Shown here in pieces: positions 61,032 through 64,000 of a DNA stretch of 64,000 bases (its first letter is position 1; each line of letters begins with the position of its first letter). The notes below the pieces were generated by a model. It saw only the letters and a list, made by a program, of their open reading frames with translations, did no database searches and was not told the DNA's origin. The stretch is from Candidatus Hydrogenedentota bacterium (GTDB lineage Bacteria; Hydrogenedentota; Hydrogenedentia; Hydrogenedentales; SLHB01): contig CAVUWV010000015.1 in assembly GCA_963745075.1 (NCBI GenBank), forward strand, positions 32,001 to 96,000, written 5' to 3'. A program made the translations under genes and the position numbers.

Positions 61032-62017
61032 ATGCAAAAGTCCGCTGTTTACTTTCTTTCTGCGCTCTGCATCGTATTGGTCGTTGGATTTGTGATCGTC
61101 ACCATGAAGACGATGGACTTACGATCCGAAGTGAACCAGCTGCGGCAGGAAAGCGCCCGGCTTCATTCCCAAACCGAGCTAATGGCTGCCCTGGAAACGA
61201 ATCAGGAGTCGAGCAACTTCGCGCCGAATTGGAGGACGTAAAACCCAAGCTTGCCGAAGCGGAACAGGCCCTGGCGAAACGCGAAGAGGATCTCGCCGCC
61301 CTTCAAACCGACCAAACTCAGCCCGTGGAGTCCGGGCAAGAGGGCAAGAAGAAAGACGTGCCACCTTTCATGCGCATGCTGCAGAGCGACGAAGCCATCG
61401 AGGCCAACGCGAAGATGCAGGTCAACATGCAATACGGGATTCTTCTGGCCGACCTGAAATTGCCCGCCGACGTCGAAGAAGAAGTTCGCGCGATCCTGGC
61501 CGAGTCATTGACGGACCAGCTTCGGACGGTTATGAAGGCTATGCAGGACGGCACGATGAAAGATCTCAAAGCGAACCAATCAGAAGAGGCAATGACGGAG
61601 GCACTCCGCACGAAGTTGAGTAACGTGCTGAACGCGGACGAAATGGCGGTTTGGGAAGATTACGAGGCCAACAAGAACTACTACGTGTTGGAGCAAAGCT
61701 ACGACATGCAATTAGGCATGTATGCGCCTGCGATGTCGCGGGAAACGCGCGATACGGTGAAACAAGTCCTGGCCGAAGAGATGATCGTTGCGCAGCAGGA
61801 TCAATCCAAGGCGGGCGATTCCAACGCGAATGACTGGATGACCGTACAGTCGGAAGCCATGAACCGGGGTCTGGAGCGCCTTTCGACCGTGCTGAACGAA
61901 GAAGAGTACACGCAAGTCGAGCGATTCATCGAGCAGCAAAATGAATCGTTGCGCGCGTCGCAAGCCATGATGCAGTCCATGATGGGAACCGAAGACGAGA
62001 AAGACGACACACCGTGA
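61032..62017 (+). CDS. Membrane-anchored coiled-coil hypothetical protein; one apparent frameshift (~61215)
   Basis: N-terminal TM helix in ORF 61032..61241 continuing into the helical ORF 61229..62017. Confidence 0.6.
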
Positions 62018-62061
62018 TCTCGGTTGAAGGCGCCGGCGCGAATCCGTATACTCTCGCCACT

Positions 62062-62604
62062 ATGAGAAATGCACACGCCCATATCCTGCAAAACGTACGA
62101 ACCACAGACAACTGGACCGTGGCCTGTCTTGAAGCCACCGCCGTCGCGGGCGTCATCATGCTCGCCGCACTGGTCAAGATTCCCCTGCCGTGGACACCGG
62201 TGCCGGTGACGTTGCAGACTTTGCCCGTATTGGCTGCGGCTTACGTCGTGGGTAGAGAACGGGCGATGGCCGGAATTCTGCTGTACTTGGCGCTCGGTAT
62301 TGCCGGGGCGCCGCTGTTCGCCGTATCGTTCGGCGCCACGATGGGGTATCTCTTGGCCTTCGCCTTCGCGCCATACGTGACGACGGCCTTCAAACGACCC
62401 GCATTGGGAATGATAGCCGCCACCGCCGTCATCTACGCTTTGGGCACGACGTGGCTCTGCTTGTGGGCCGGTGTTGGCCTGTGGGCGGCGTTGGCGATGG
62501 GCGTGTTACCCTTCGTTCCTGCCGACGCAGTCAAGGCCGGCATGGCCTACCTCGTCGCCCGGCGCGCACAACCTACCGAGAAATCTACCCAGTCTCTCGC
62601 GTAA
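62062..62604 (+). CDS. bioY: Biotin ECF transporter S component
   Basis: IPLPWTPVPVTLQT, YLALGIAGAPLFA, GYLLAF, PFVPADAVK. Confidence 0.9.
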   Translation: MRNAHAHILQNVRTTDNWTVACLEATAVAGVIMLAALVKIPLPWTPVPVTLQTLPVLAAAYVVGRERAMAGILLYLALGIAGAPLFAVSFGATMGYLLAFAFAPYVTTAFKRPALGMIAATAVIYALGTTWLCLWAGVGLWAALAMGVLPFVPADAVKAGMAYLVARRAQPTEKSTQSLA

Positions 62605-62613
62605 TCCTACGCC

Positions 62614-63642
62614 CTAATCCAGCGTGATCGTGCGGCCTTCGCGGGCCGAGTCGTATACTGCCTGGATGACCTGCATGTATTTCATCCCGTCGTAGAAGTT
62701 TGGGTGGTATTCCTTGCCTTCGCGAATCGCGTCGATGAAATCCTGCTCGACTCGCCAGTTGGCGATGTCGTATTCCTCCTCGGTGTCGAGCGTTGCGCTG
62801 CCCATGTGTTCGCCCCGCGCAGCGCCGTAGAGGATGTCTTCATTGACTTCATACTGGAGCGTCCATTCGCTTCCGTGAATCGCTATTTGATCGGTTCCGT
62901 GATGCACGGCCGAACTGATGACATACTGAACGGGCGTTCCGCTCTCGAGGGTCGTGTTGAACAGGATCTGGTCTGGTATCTCGACCTTTACGCGGTCGCC
63001 GGTAGTGTCGGTCCGCTCCGGTACGAAGGTCTGCGTTATTGCGCTAACCGACCGTGTCCACCCAAACCAGCGGTGAATGACCTCGATGTACATGCCCAGG
63101 GTGTGCATGTTCAGGCCCGAGAGCCGGTGATCCTTGCGCCACGTCATGGACTCGTCCGGATTTGCAAACGCGCCGCTCATACTTTGCACCCGGATCAATC
63201 GCACGTCACCCAACCGGCCGCTGTTCACGTACTGTTGGATGGTCGAGTCCTTGGTCAGCCCGATGGGGACCGGGCAAAGCATCGCAACGCGTCCGGATCT
63301 TTCCGCAGCAGCGTACATTTCTTGTGCCTGCTGATAATCCATCGCCATCCGGGCCTGGCAAAACACATGCTTGCCGGAATTCAGCGCTGCGATGGACACA
63401 TCGCGGTGCATGTAGGGCCACGTGCCGACAAAGACCGCATCAAGGTCATCCCGCGCGATCAAATCCTCCCACGGATCGCAAACGTTGGGGATGTTCAACT
63501 CATTCGCGGCGCGTTCACCGGATTCCCGGCTGCGATTCGCAACGGCAACGATTTCGACGCCGGAAACGTTCCGAAGCCCCGGCACGTGCCGTTGCCGGCA
63601 GATGCCGCCCAATCCCACAAATCCGACCCGGATGGGGTTCAT
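62614..63642 (-). CDS. Gfo/Idh/MocA family oxidoreductase
   Basis: VGFVGLG, DAVFVGTWPYMH, GKHVFCQARMA. Confidence 0.88.
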   Translation of the reverse strand: MNPIRVGFVGLGGICRQRHVPGLRNVSGVEIVAVANRSRESGERAANELNIPNVCDPWEDLIARDDLDAVFVGTWPYMHRDVSIAALNSGKHVFCQARMAMDYQQAQEMYAAAERSGRVAMLCPVPIGLTKDSTIQQYVNSGRLGDVRLIRVQSMSGAFANPDESMTWRKDHRLSGLNMHTLGMYIEVIHRWFGWTRSVSAITQTFVPERTDTTGDRVKVEIPDQILFNTTLESGTPVQYVISSAVHHGTDQIAIHGSEWTLQYEVNEDILYGAARGEHMGSATLDTEEEYDIANWRVEQDFIDAIREGKEYHPNFYDGMKYMQVIQAVYDSAREGRTITLD

Positions 63643-63667
63643 TCCGACATGCTCCTCTGCGTTCTAA

Positions 63668-64000
63668 TCAGCCCCTGTCATTCTCATTATGTAGCAGAAA
63701 CTGCTGGAGTTGGGCCAGATTGTCCGTGTTGATGAGGTCGACGCCCGCTTTGCGCAAGGCCTTCCATAAGTCGTCCCGCGGCGGGATTCCCCAGAACCGC
63801 ACGATACACCCGGCATCGTGGGCCTTCTTAGTGATGTCATAAAGTTTCTCGTGGACCGCTTCCGGCATGGGGCCGGACCCGAACCAGTCGAAATGGCTGC
63901 GCCAGTTGTCGCTGATGAGCGGGATTAGATTGGCGTTGATCGGAGCATCCAGGTCGGAAAGGCGACCGTCAATTGCGGCGTACCGTTGCGCTTCCGCCGC
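63668..64000 (-). CDS. C-terminal part of a PI-PLC/GDPD-like phosphodiesterase (5' end outside window)
   Basis: DGRLSDL, LISDNW, VRFWG, GVDLINTD. Confidence 0.7.
   Translation of the reverse strand, partial: AAEAQRYAAIDGRLSDLDAPINANLIPLISDNWRSHFDWFGSGPMPEAVHEKLYDITKKAHDAGCIVRFWGIPPRDDLWKALRKAGVDLINTDNLAQLQQFLLHNENDRG

Noticed and set aside
1..64000. CRISPR array, tRNA/rRNA, integron, prophage or defence island
   Set aside because: I saw no regularly spaced direct repeats, cloverleaf or rRNA-like tracts, and no integrase, transposase or phage genes. The macrodomain and RecD2 look like housekeeping types.

Overview
A GC-rich bacterial chromosomal window with about 50 protein-coding genes. I found no rRNA, tRNA, CRISPR array, transposase or phage genes. 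The gene content includes a DUF1549/DUF1553 + DUF1501 pair, a PVC-type CxxCH dehydrogenase, many Tat/Sec glycoside hydrolases and esterases, and a DUF1559 prepilin-like protein with the [17 protein letters not shown] motif. This suggests a PVC-like heterotroph, most likely Candidatus Hydrogenedentes (inference). Main loci: a planctomycete-type cytochrome c/DUF1501 pair; a GlnA4-like gamma-glutamyl ligase with an SDR; an unusually ordered A-type cytochrome c oxidase cluster headed by a putative blue-copper protein; a threonine-synthase-like gene coupled to an ABC system lacking its permease; an ABC exporter with an HTTM-like protein; recD2; an FHA-GAF sigma-54 activator; and bioY. About 14 apparent single-base frameshifts split 7 genes and are probably long-read errors. 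The most unusual non-coding signal is a ~170-bp element present twice (10257-10425 and 57344-57513). It has near-identical ~37-bp palindromic inverted arms and interiors of almost the same length (93 and 94 nt) that cannot be aligned by eye. Several GTAG-type REP hairpins and 9-bp-period GTCCA microarrays are also present. All product calls come from motif recognition without database searches.
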